Assembly: GCA_963828165.1 (NCBI GenBank)
Contig: CAWHDR010000001.1
Coordinates: 192,001-256,000, forward strand
Length of the DNA: 64,000 nucleotides
Reading direction: 5' to 3'
DNA from: an uncultured Chloroflexia bacterium
GTDB lineage: Bacteria; Chloroflexota; Limnocylindria; Limnocylindrales; CSP1-4
This document shows, piece by piece, positions 1-8,570 of the stretch. The notes beneath the pieces are model-generated. The model was not told where the DNA came from. It searched no databases and was given only the letters and a program-made list of their open reading frames with translations. The position numbers were made by a program, and so were the translations under genes. Numbering within the stretch: the first letter of the stretch is position 1; every line of letters begins with the position of its first letter.

Positions 1-259
1 CGGTCAGCAGGCGGAACTCCCGCGGATGGGTGAGTCGATCCGCGCCAGGGAGGCTCGCGGTCATCTCGGCGAAAAGCTCTTCGTGCCGCTCGACGAAGGC
101 GCAGTCGTCGTAGCCCACCACGATCCACGCGTTGGCGCGCTCGTCCCAGGTCACCGAGCCCTCGGCGCGGCGGTCCTCGTAGAACGCCCACGGCTCGATG
201 TCGGCGAGGTCCTTGATGCTGGTCGCCACTCGGGACGACCGGGAGACGCCTGATCCCAT
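1..259 (-). CDS. Cytochrome P450, N-terminal part (runs off the left edge)
   Basis: Manual translation from ATG at 259 gives MGSGVSRSSRVATSIKDLADIEPWAFYEDRRAEGSVTWDERANAWIVVGYDDCAFVERHEELFAEMTASLPGADRLTHPREFRLLT. This aligns closely with the N-terminus of the complete P450 at 40691 (SLRDLRDVDPYPAYEAMRAVGPVVWDDPMGTWLVLSHDGCTFVERREDLFEEPTGTLPGA...RDFRSL). Not in the ORF track. Confidence 0.8.
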   Translation of the reverse strand, partial: MGSGVSRSSRVATSIKDLADIEPWAFYEDRRAEGSVTWDERANAWIVVGYDDCAFVERHEELFAEMTASLPGADRLTHPREFRLLT

Positions 260-280
260 GGCCACCCTATCGTTCCGGTA

Positions 281-304
281 CAATCGTTTCTGGCAAGGTT
301 ACCA
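281..304. promoter_or_regulatory. Putative tandem LacI-type operator between the divergent P450 and dadA genes
   Basis: CAATCGTTTCTGGCAAGGTTACCA: two degenerate units 12 bp apart in a 61-bp divergent intergenic region. Confidence 0.45.
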
Positions 305-320
305 CCGAGCAGGGTGTGCG

Positions 321-1571
321 ATGAAGGTTGCGGTCATCGGCGCGGGTGTCATCGGCGTCACCACCGCGTACTACCTCGCTCGAGACGGGCACGAGGTCGA
401 GGTCATCGAGCGGGCAGGCGAGCCAGCGGCGGTCGCGAGCCGGGCCACCGGTGGCCACATCGCCCCCGGTCACAGCGGCGCCTGGGCGTCACCTCGCTCG
501 CGCAGCCAGCTGATCCGATCCCTGCGCCGCCGGGACACGGCCTTCCGACTCCGCCTCGGCACAGACGGGGTGTTCCTGCGCTGGACCGCCGCTTTTATGC
601 GGAACTCGACCGAAGGCCGCTACTGGCAGAATTCGATCACCAAGGCCCGCCTGACGAGGTATAGCCGCGATAGCCTAGTGGAGCTCCGGGCGGACCTGGG
701 CATCGAGTACGACGGCGCGGCATCGGGGGCGATCTTCCTCTTCCGCTCCGAGGCCGGGTTCGCCGCTGCGCGCGCGCGAGCCGCGACGTGGGCAGCGAAC
801 GGTCTCGACCTCGACGTCCTGCGGCCCGATGACATCAGGGCCCTTGATGCGCGACTGGCAGGGGTCGCCGACCGCATGGCTGGCGCGCTGTACTCCGAGA
901 TCGACGAGGTGGGCGACACCCGGATGTTCACCCAGGCGCTCGCTGACCGGGGCCGCGGGCTGGGCGTGACCTTCCAGTTCGAAACGACCGTCCAGCGGCT
1001 CAGGTACACGGGGACACGGATCACGGAGCTGACGACGACCGGCGGCGCTGTCTCGGCCGACGCGTACGTCGTCGCCAACGGCGTCGACTGCCGCCGGCTG
1101 CTGCGACAGGTCGGCCTGCGGGCGCCCGTGTACCCACTACGCGGGTACACCGTGACCCTCAAGCAACGAGGCGATCGGGTGCCGACGATCGGCATGGTCG
1201 ACGAGGAACGCCTGGTGGCCGTCGCCAGGCTGGGCGACCGGGTGCGCCTGGGTGGTGTCGCGGAGCTCGGTCCGCGCGACACCGCGCCGGACCCGGCGGT
1301 GGCCGGCTATATGGTCGACGTGGCCAGAGACCTCTTCCCGGACGGCGCTGACTGGGATTACCCCGACACCTACGCGTGCGAGCGTCCAATGACACCCGAT
1401 GGTCCACCCATTCTGGGCAGGACGCCCCTGGAGAACCTGTTCGCGAACGTCGGTCACGGCCACATCGGCTGGACGATGGCCACCGGCTCCGCCGTCATCA
1501 TCACCGACTTGCTTGCCGGCCGGCGACCGGCCATCGACCTCACCGGGATGACCATCGACCGGTACGTTTGA
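321..1571 (+). CDS. dadA: D-amino acid dehydrogenase / FAD-dependent DAO-family oxidoreductase
   Basis: MKVAVIGAGVIG FAD-binding motif, RPMTPDG and NVGHGHIGWTMATGSA motifs typical of DadA. Start re-assigned to ATG 321. Confidence 0.8.
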   Translation: MKVAVIGAGVIGVTTAYYLARDGHEVEVIERAGEPAAVASRATGGHIAPGHSGAWASPRSRSQLIRSLRRRDTAFRLRLGTDGVFLRWTAAFMRNSTEGRYWQNSITKARLTRYSRDSLVELRADLGIEYDGAASGAIFLFRSEAGFAAARARAATWAANGLDLDVLRPDDIRALDARLAGVADRMAGALYSEIDEVGDTRMFTQALADRGRGLGVTFQFETTVQRLRYTGTRITELTTTGGAVSADAYVVANGVDCRRLLRQVGLRAPVYPLRGYTVTLKQRGDRVPTIGMVDEERLVAVARLGDRVRLGGVAELGPRDTAPDPAVAGYMVDVARDLFPDGADWDYPDTYACERPMTPDGPPILGRTPLENLFANVGHGHIGWTMATGSAVIITDLLAGRRPAIDLTGMTIDRYV

Positions 1572-1776
1572 CGCCCTTGCGACCTGGGTCGGTCAGTCGC
1601 CGCTGGTCATCGGCTCTCCCGTGGCGCGAAGACGGTCGGGCGAAGGACCGTCCGGCGCTCGCCGCCGACCAGGCGCTCGGCTCCTTCAGCACGCTGTTGC
1701 AGTAGGGTCCACGGACGGTGGCACGTGGCTTCCCGGTCGCGCCGAGGTGCGAGTCGGCGGGGTCAGCGTGACCGCC

Positions 1777-1851
1777 TTGACACCCCGCAATGTTGCGCCA
1801 TACCCTCGATCCACCGGCGTTGACGACGTTTCCAGTAACCATTCTTGCCGG
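1777..1851 (+). promoter_or_regulatory. Sigma70-type promoter plus LacI-type operator
   Basis: TTGACA(1777)-N18-TACCCT(1801), then TGACGACGTTTCCAGTAACCATTC at 1821. 27 of 31 nt identical to 3858-3888. Confidence 0.7.
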
Positions 1852-1870
1852 AGCCGACGAGGAGTGTGCA

Positions 1871-2998
1871 ATGGTCACCCACCTGGAGTGGTCGGACACC
1901 ATCGGCAAGCGCGTGCGCAGCGGCGACTGGGCGGACCAGGCGGTCTCGACAGTGGTCAAGATCGAGGAGGAGCTCCAGGCGGCCGGCGACGAATTCGGGC
2001 TGGCCGCCAACCGCCGCGAGAACGCCGCGCAGCTCGTCGACTACTTCATGGAAGAGGCCAAGGTCGTTTACGTCATCTACAAGGTGTGGACGGCGGGCTT
2101 CAAGGACTGGCTCATCGAACAGGGCGTCACCCAGGCGGATATGGACGCCGAAGTGGAGCGGCTCAAGCAGCTGATGGCCTACCCGGACGGGACGCCGCTC
2201 GACCCCGAGCCGCGCTGGGAGGCGCTGGGGCTGCGGGCCGGTCGTCTGGCCAACGGGATCCGGAGCTACGACCTCTCCGTGGCCGACGCGATGGCCGAGC
2301 TCGACGGCGTTCGCGAGGACTGGCGGATGCTCCACGACCGATCGGCCGACCTGATGGCCGGGATCCTGGCCTTCGTCGTGAAGCGGTTCGGCGAGGCCGA
2401 GCTGGAGACCTGCTACCGGGCGATCATGGAGCCCTACCTTCAGGAGCGGTACATGCCGTTCGACGTTCGCGTCACGCCGTACGAGGAGACGCTCGACCGC
2501 AACCTGTACATCAGCCTCGAGGCGATGCGCGGTCACCTCGTGGGCCCGGGCCGGCGTGGGGACATCGAGCTGATCGAGGAGGAGGATCGCTGGGTCATCC
2601 GCTTCGACCCGTGCGCGTCGGGCGGGCGTATCCTGCGTGGCGACCCCGAGGAGGGCACCGGGTCGCGGGTCCTGGCGCCGTACGAGTTCGGCGTGATCGA
2701 GGAGCCCCGTCCCTGGACCTGGGGCGAGACCGGCGTCTGCCACTACTGCGCCCACTGCAACCTGGCCCTCTCGACGATCCCCGCAGAGCGCTGGGGTCAC
2801 CCGGTCCGAACGGTCGATCCGCCCCTCTGGCGTGGCGAGGATGACCCCACGACGATGCGCAAGTGCCAGTGGAGCGTGTGGAAGTCCCTCGAGGCGATCC
2901 CCGAGCGCGAGTACGAGCGCATCGGGCGGACCAAGCCGCCGCTGCCGGTCATCCAGCCGGGGGCTGACGGGCCGACGACGGGAGGCGCCGCCCAGTGA
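1871..2998 (+). CDS. Uncharacterised His/Cys-motif (putative metal/Fe-S) protein, paralogue 1 of 3
   Basis: RBS GAGGAG then ATG 1871. Motifs EAMRGHLVGP, RFDPCASGGR, GVCHYCAHC, KCQW and GRTKP shared with the 25718 and 31703 genes. Stop overlaps the SDR start (GTGA). Confidence 0.85.
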   Translation: MVTHLEWSDTIGKRVRSGDWADQAVSTVVKIEEELQAAGDEFGLAANRRENAAQLVDYFMEEAKVVYVIYKVWTAGFKDWLIEQGVTQADMDAEVERLKQLMAYPDGTPLDPEPRWEALGLRAGRLANGIRSYDLSVADAMAELDGVREDWRMLHDRSADLMAGILAFVVKRFGEAELETCYRAIMEPYLQERYMPFDVRVTPYEETLDRNLYISLEAMRGHLVGPGRRGDIELIEEEDRWVIRFDPCASGGRILRGDPEEGTGSRVLAPYEFGVIEEPRPWTWGETGVCHYCAHCNLALSTIPAERWGHPVRTVDPPLWRGEDDPTTMRKCQWSVWKSLEAIPEREYERIGRTKPPLPVIQPGADGPTTGGAAQ

Positions 2999-3747
2999 GC
3001 GCCGAAGGGCGCCGGGCGATCGTCACGGGCGCCGGGAGCGGAATCGGCCAGGAGGTGGCCCTCCAGCTATTGGCGGCCGGTGCGCGCGTCACCGGCGTGG
3101 ACATCAACGACCGCGGGCTCGACCCGGTCCGCGAGGCGGGCGGTGAAGCGATGGTCGTGGACCTCGCGGATGTAGGTCAGCGCGCCACCGTCATCGCGTC
3201 GGCGCGCGAGGACCCGCCGAACTACCTCGTGAACGCCGCTGCGATCCTGGAAGTGATCGCGCTTGCCGACGTGGACGAGGCGACCTTCCGGCGCCACTTC
3301 ACGGTCAATGTCGAAGCGCCCTGGTTCCTGTGCCGCGACATCGGCGGCGTCCTCGTCGAAGGCGGCGCGATCGTCAACTTCTCGTCGCCGTCGGCGCGCT
3401 GGGCGTACACCCTCGAGACCGCTGTCTACGGCGCTACGAAGACCGCCGTCCAGGGCGTGACCCGTAGCTTCGCCATCGCGCTCGCACCGCGCAAGGTCAG
3501 GGTCAACGCGATCTCGCCCGGGATCACCGACACGCCGATGCAGGAGAAGGTCCTGCGCCAGGTCTCGGCCATGCGCGGGCTGTCGTACGAGGAGCTCAGC
3601 AGCAACCGCACGAAGCTCGTACCACTCGCCAGGTCCGCGCCGCCGTCGGAGATGGCCGGAGTGGTCCTCTGGCTGCTGTCCGATGCTGCGTCCTACATCA
3701 CCGGCCAGACGATCTATGTCGATGGCGGCTACATCATGTCGGCCTGA
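2995..3747 (+). CDS. SDR family oxidoreductase
   Basis: TGAGSGIG, NAA and YGATK (YxxxK) motifs. Confidence 0.9.
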   Translation: MSAEGRRAIVTGAGSGIGQEVALQLLAAGARVTGVDINDRGLDPVREAGGEAMVVDLADVGQRATVIASAREDPPNYLVNAAAILEVIALADVDEATFRRHFTVNVEAPWFLCRDIGGVLVEGGAIVNFSSPSARWAYTLETAVYGATKTAVQGVTRSFAIALAPRKVRVNAISPGITDTPMQEKVLRQVSAMRGLSYEELSSNRTKLVPLARSAPPSEMAGVVLWLLSDAASYITGQTIYVDGGYIMSA

Positions 3748-3812
3748 CCGAGGGTCAGAGGGGCTCAGGGTCGGCGGTTTGGTGCCGATCCGCCCCGTCG
3801 GTCGGACGCGAC

Positions 3813-3888
3813 TTGACACGTTCAGAGGTCGAGCCCTAGTCTCCGCTGACTCGGCCCTGACGACGTTTCCAGTAACATTTCTCGCGGG
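3813..3888 (+). promoter_or_regulatory. Sigma70-type promoter plus LacI-type operator
   Basis: TTGACA(3813)-N18-TAGTCT(3837), then TGACGACGTTTCCAGTAACATTTC at 3858. Confidence 0.7.
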
Positions 3889-3955
3889 CTTGGCCGTCAA
3901 TACTCGCGACGTTCGTCGGGCGCGGGCATCCCATCGGAAACCTGAGGAGGAACCC

Positions 3956-5023
3956 GTGCAGGAGACCCGTCTCTGGACGGCCACGAGTCGCACGCTCGCG
4001 CGCTGGTCCACCGTCGTCATCGTGGCCTTGCTGGTCGCGGCGTGTACCAATCCGCCGGCAGCCCCAACGTCCGCGGCACCCCCCGCGTCGGCGCCCGCAT
4101 CCGAGGCGCCGGCATCGTCGGCTCCGCCGGCATCCGCAGCCGCGAACAAGTACAAGATCGGCTACATCTCCCTTGGCGATTCGGTCCCGTTCGTGAAGCT
4201 CGTGTCGGACGGCATCAAGGAAGCCGCCGACGCCGCTGGCCAGGAGCTCCTGTTCTGCGACTCCGAGATCGACGCCGCCAAGGCGCTCGCGTGCGCGCAG
4301 AACCTGAAGGTCCAGGGTGCCGAGGGCGTGCTGAACTTCCAGGTCTTCCAGGACAGCTCGCCCGAGATCTGCACCGCCTATGGCAGCGTGCCGACCATCG
4401 CGATCGACATCATCCAGCCGCCGTGCCAGATCGCCTTCATGGGCGCCAACAACCGCGAGGCCGGACGACTCGGTGGCGCCGAGATGGGCAAGTACGCCAA
4501 GGAGAACTGGGACTGCGACTTCACGGCCTACGTGTCGCTCGAGTCGACGGCCGCCGGTGCCGCGAACACCGACCGCATGGGCGGCTGGCGTGACGGCTTC
4601 AAGGAGTCCTGCCCCATCCCGGCTGACAAGGAACGCGTCCTCGACGGCGCGGACCGGACCGACCCGGCCCTCGAGCAGGTGACCAACCTCCTGGGCGCCC
4701 TGCCGGGCGACCGGATCATCGTCGTCGCGATCAACGAGGACGGGATCCTCGGCGCCATCGGCGCCGCGAACACGCTCGGTCGCCAGACCGACCTCTTCTA
4801 CGGCGGCCAGGGTACCGATCCCTCCATCTGGAAGGACGTCGCCTGCAACCCGAACTACATCGCCTCGGTGGCGTACTTCCCGGAACGCTACGGGACCCTG
4901 CTCATCCCGAACATGATCAAGGCCCTCGATGGCGAGACGATCCCGAAGGAGATCTTCACCGAGCACGTCGTCGTGAACAAGGACAACATCCGGACCATCT
5001 ACCCGGAAACGCCGGCCTGTTGA
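3956..5023 (+). CDS. Sugar ABC transporter substrate-binding lipoprotein (RbsB-like, Cys-rich)
   Basis: RBS GAGGAGG plus GTG 3956. Lipobox LVAAC, PAS-rich linker, periplasmic binding protein type I features, AYFPERYG. Confidence 0.88.
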   Translation: MQETRLWTATSRTLARWSTVVIVALLVAACTNPPAAPTSAAPPASAPASEAPASSAPPASAAANKYKIGYISLGDSVPFVKLVSDGIKEAADAAGQELLFCDSEIDAAKALACAQNLKVQGAEGVLNFQVFQDSSPEICTAYGSVPTIAIDIIQPPCQIAFMGANNREAGRLGGAEMGKYAKENWDCDFTAYVSLESTAAGAANTDRMGGWRDGFKESCPIPADKERVLDGADRTDPALEQVTNLLGALPGDRIIVVAINEDGILGAIGAANTLGRQTDLFYGGQGTDPSIWKDVACNPNYIASVAYFPERYGTLLIPNMIKALDGETIPKEIFTEHVVVNKDNIRTIYPETPAC

Positions 5024-5051
5024 TGTCCCGGGTCACGATCGAGCCCGCCGC

Positions 5052-6545
5052 ATGACCTTCGCCCTCCAGGCGCGAGGCATCCGCAAGTCCTTCGGCGGCG
5101 TCGAGGTCCTCCATGGCGTGGACCTCGACGCTGTCGGCGGCTCTGTTCTGGCCCTCCTCGGCGAGAACGGCGCCGGCAAGTCCACGCTGGTCAAGATCAT
5201 CGCCGGCGACTACACGCCCGACGCGGGTGAGATCCTCGTCGATGAGACCAGCTACCCATCCCTGACGCCGATCGCGGCGCGCGATCTCGGGGTCGCGATC
5301 ATCTTCCAGGAATTCCAGGACGCCCCGACCCTGTCCGTGGCCGAGAACATCTCGCTCGGCCGGATCCCGAACAAGTTCGGGGTCGTGGATTGGAGAACCG
5401 TCAACCGACGAGCCCGCAAGATCCTCGATGCGCTCGGGGTGGACATCGACCCGGCACGCCGCGTCTCGACGCTGCGGGTCGGCGAACGCCAGATCATCGA
5501 GATCGCCCGGGCATTGTCTCGATCGGCCAGGCTCCTGATCCTGGACGAGCCGACCGCGGCCCTGTCGCATCACGAAGCCGACACGCTGTTCACGTTCATC
5601 CGCCGGCTGCGCGACCAGGGCGTCGCGATCATCTACATCACTCACCGCCTCGACGAAGTCACCGCCATCGCCGACAAGGTGCAGGTGCTGCGCGATGGCA
5701 ACGTCGCCCTCCTGGCGGACGTGGCCTCGACGGACCGGGCCGCGATGATCGAAGCCATGGTGGGTCGGCGGATCTCCGAGATCCCGCGGCCTCCGACCTT
5801 GATCCGCGAGGTCTCCGACGAACCGGTCATCCGCTGGACTGCCGCGGAGTCGGGGGACGCGTTCCACGACGTCTCGCTCGGCGTCCACCGGGGTGAGATC
5901 GTCGCGATCTACGGGAAGCTCGGGTCAGGCGCCGCCGAGGTGGGTGAGACCGCCTACGGGCTCCGACCCATCACGAGCGGCACGATGGAGCTCGAGGGCA
6001 AGGTCGCGAACATCGGTGGCCCAGCTGAAGGCGTCGCGGCCGGGGTCGGGTTCCTGCCCGCGGACCGCAAGGCCGGGGGCGGTTTCATGGTCCGTCCGGT
6101 GGCGGAGAACGTCGCAGTCGCCTCGTGGGGACGTCTCGCGACGCTGGGCCAGCTGATCACCCGCCGGGCTGAGTCGAGGGCCTATCGGCGCTGGCACGAC
6201 AAGCTGTCGATCCGCTCCCGCAACGATCCGCGTCAGGCCATGGGCACGCTCTCGGGCGGCAACCAGCAGAAGGTGCTGCTCGCCCGCTGGCTCGAGCGGA
6301 GCAGCCGCGTCCTCGTGTTGATCGAGCCGACCCGAGGGGTCGACGTCGGCGCCCGGCAGGACATCTACAAGGCGCTCCGCGTGCTGTCGGCGGATGGCGT
6401 GGCCGTCCTGATCAGCACCTCGGATTACGAGGAGGCCGTGCAGGTCGCGGACCGTGTCTACGTCATGTCAAGAGGAGCGATCGTGGGCGACCTGTCGGGC
6501 GACGCGATCACGACGACGCGGCTGCTGGCCGCTGCTGGAGGGTGA
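5052..6545 (+). CDS. Sugar ABC transporter ATP-binding protein (two-domain, RbsA-like)
   Basis: [24 protein letters not shown]. Confidence 0.93.
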   Translation: MTFALQARGIRKSFGGVEVLHGVDLDAVGGSVLALLGENGAGKSTLVKIIAGDYTPDAGEILVDETSYPSLTPIAARDLGVAIIFQEFQDAPTLSVAENISLGRIPNKFGVVDWRTVNRRARKILDALGVDIDPARRVSTLRVGERQIIEIARALSRSARLLILDEPTAALSHHEADTLFTFIRRLRDQGVAIIYITHRLDEVTAIADKVQVLRDGNVALLADVASTDRAAMIEAMVGRRISEIPRPPTLIREVSDEPVIRWTAAESGDAFHDVSLGVHRGEIVAIYGKLGSGAAEVGETAYGLRPITSGTMELEGKVANIGGPAEGVAAGVGFLPADRKAGGGFMVRPVAENVAVASWGRLATLGQLITRRAESRAYRRWHDKLSIRSRNDPRQAMGTLSGGNQQKVLLARWLERSSRVLVLIEPTRGVDVGARQDIYKALRVLSADGVAVLISTSDYEEAVQVADRVYVMSRGAIVGDLSGDAITTTRLLAAAGG

Positions 6546-7588
6546 GCCAAGTGACCGACCAGGAGCCCGCCGCGACCGTGGCCCCCGCCGCTCCCGCGAC
6601 GACGCCCGGGCGGGGCCGCGGCCTCTCGGTCCCCGAGACGGGGGCCCTGCTGGGCGTGCTCGTCATCCTGTTCCTCTACTTCTCGCTCGCGTCACCGTTC
6701 TTCCTGAACCAGGAGAACCTGGTCAACATCCTGCAGAACGTGGCGGTCGTCGGGATCATCGCCTGCCCGGCGACGTTGCTCCTCATCTCGGGGCAGTTCG
6801 ACCTGTCCGTCGGGTCCGGGGTCGGGTTCGCCGGGATGCTCATGGCCGTTACCGCCCTGGCGCCGGGTACCGGTGGGGTCGACCTGCCGTTCGCCATGAA
6901 CATGACCGTGCCGACCGCCTTCCTGGTCGCCGTCGTCGGGACCCTCTTGATCGGCGTGATCAATGCGGTCTGCGTCACCGTCATCGGCATCAACGCGCTG
7001 ATCACGACCCTGGGCACGCTGGCCATCTTCCGCGGCTTGACCAAGGTGCTCGGCGATGGCCAGACGATCCGGATCGAGAATTTCGGCCAATTGGGCGTCT
7101 TGCGGATCGCGGGCATCCCGTTGCCGGTCTACATCTTCGTCGGGGTCGTGATCATTTTCTGGCTGGCCCTGCGCTACACCGTGTACGGCCGGTCGCTGTA
7201 CGCCATCGGGGCGAGCCCGAGCGCGGCGCGCCTCGCCGGCATCCGGACGAAGCGCGTCATCGCCATCGCCTTCCTCCTCTCAGCCCTGTGTGTCGCTTTC
7301 GCGGGCCTGATCCGGCTCTCGCAGGTCGCCGGCGCGTCGGTCAACTCCGGACTCGGGATCGAGCTGTCCGTCGTGACGGCGGTGGTCCTCGGTGGAGCCA
7401 GCCTCTCGGGCGGGCGGGGCGGGATCGGCGGCACGGTCCTGGCGGTGCTCATCGTCGGCGTGCTCGCCAACGGCCTCATCCAGCTCAACGTCCCATCGTT
7501 CTGGATCGAGGTCGCCAACGGCCTGCTGCTCCTGGGAGCCGTGACCGTCGACCGCCTGCGCGTGCGACTGACGCGCGCCGACGTCTGA
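6542..7588 (+). CDS. Sugar ABC transporter permease (RbsC-like)
   Basis: FDLSVGS, YAIGASPSAARLAGI, VVLGGASLSGGRG. Hydrophobic. Confidence 0.92.
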   Translation: MSQVTDQEPAATVAPAAPATTPGRGRGLSVPETGALLGVLVILFLYFSLASPFFLNQENLVNILQNVAVVGIIACPATLLLISGQFDLSVGSGVGFAGMLMAVTALAPGTGGVDLPFAMNMTVPTAFLVAVVGTLLIGVINAVCVTVIGINALITTLGTLAIFRGLTKVLGDGQTIRIENFGQLGVLRIAGIPLPVYIFVGVVIIFWLALRYTVYGRSLYAIGASPSAARLAGIRTKRVIAIAFLLSALCVAFAGLIRLSQVAGASVNSGLGIELSVVTAVVLGGASLSGGRGGIGGTVLAVLIVGVLANGLIQLNVPSFWIEVANGLLLLGAVTVDRLRVRLTRADV

Positions 7589-7640
7589 CCGATCCAGCCG
7601 GCCGCGGAGCCGGCCAAGCCACGCGCCGAAGGAGGAGATC

Positions 7641-8534
7641 GTGACCGAGGTCGATCGCAGCATCCCGTTCATCGACACCCACCATCACCTGTGGGAGCTG
7701 GACCGCTTTCACTACGACTGGCTCACGGACCCGGGCTGGCCCGGTCATAGCGAGCTGCTCGGCGACTACAAGATGATCCGCTCGACCATCGGCGCGCCGT
7801 GGCGTCTCTTCAAGGAGTTCTACGGCGCGAATGTCATCAAGAGCGTGCACGTCGAGGCCGCGTACGCAGGGCCCGACGCGCTCGAGGAGACGGTCTGGCT
7901 GGAGACGGTCGGCAAGGAACACGGCTTCCCACATGCCCTGGTGGTCTTCTGCGACATCGAGGCGGACGGAGCCGAAGCGAAGCTGGACCAGCACCTCGCC
8001 GCGTCGGATCGCGTGCGCGGTGTGCGCATCCGTGCGCATCCGGACGATCCGGATACGGCGGCGTTCCGGAACGGCTATGCCGCCCTCGGAAAGCGCGGGC
8101 TCTCGTACGAGCTCAACGCCTCACCGGGCAAGCTGCTGTCGGGTCGCGACGTCGCGAAGGCGCACCCCGACGTCCAGGTGATCCTCGGCCACGCCGGGTT
8201 CCCGGTCCAGCGCGATGCCGAGTACTTCGGCCAGTGGAAGTCGGAGATGACGGCCCTGGGCGAGGCGGAGAACGTGGCCTGCAAGGTGTCGGGGTTCGGG
8301 ATGGCCGAGAATCACTGGACGATCGACTCCATCCGACCGTGGGTTCTTCATTGCATCGAGGCCTTCGGACCCGAACGGATCATGTTCGGCACGAACTGGC
8401 CCGTCGACATCCTCTACGCCACGTACCTCGAGCAGACAGATGCCTATCGGCGGATCCTGGCCGATGCCGGGTTCGGTCGCACTGAGCAGGAAGGGATGCT
8501 GTATCGGAACGCCGAACGCCTGTATCGGATCTGA
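7641..8534 (+). CDS. Amidohydrolase-2 family protein (sugar-lactone lactonase-like, COG3618 type)
   Basis: IDTHHHLW, VHVEA, ILGHAGFP, ACKVSG and MFGTNWP motifs, as in L-fucono/L-rhamnono-lactonase-like proteins. Confidence 0.8.
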   Translation: MTEVDRSIPFIDTHHHLWELDRFHYDWLTDPGWPGHSELLGDYKMIRSTIGAPWRLFKEFYGANVIKSVHVEAAYAGPDALEETVWLETVGKEHGFPHALVVFCDIEADGAEAKLDQHLAASDRVRGVRIRAHPDDPDTAAFRNGYAALGKRGLSYELNASPGKLLSGRDVAKAHPDVQVILGHAGFPVQRDAEYFGQWKSEMTALGEAENVACKVSGFGMAENHWTIDSIRPWVLHCIEAFGPERIMFGTNWPVDILYATYLEQTDAYRRILADAGFGRTEQEGMLYRNAERLYRI

Positions 8535-8570
8535 GTTCCCCCGCCCCAAACCTGGAGGAGAAACTACCTG

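Noticed and set aside
1631-1652. GACGGTC...GACCGTC hairpin after dadA as a terminator or sRNA
   Set aside because: A 7-bp stem with no U-tract is expected by chance at this GC content.
1821-3888. 31-bp repeat considered as CRISPR repeats or IS ends
   Set aside because: Only two copies, 2 kb apart, each behind a promoter. No spacers, cas genes or transposase.
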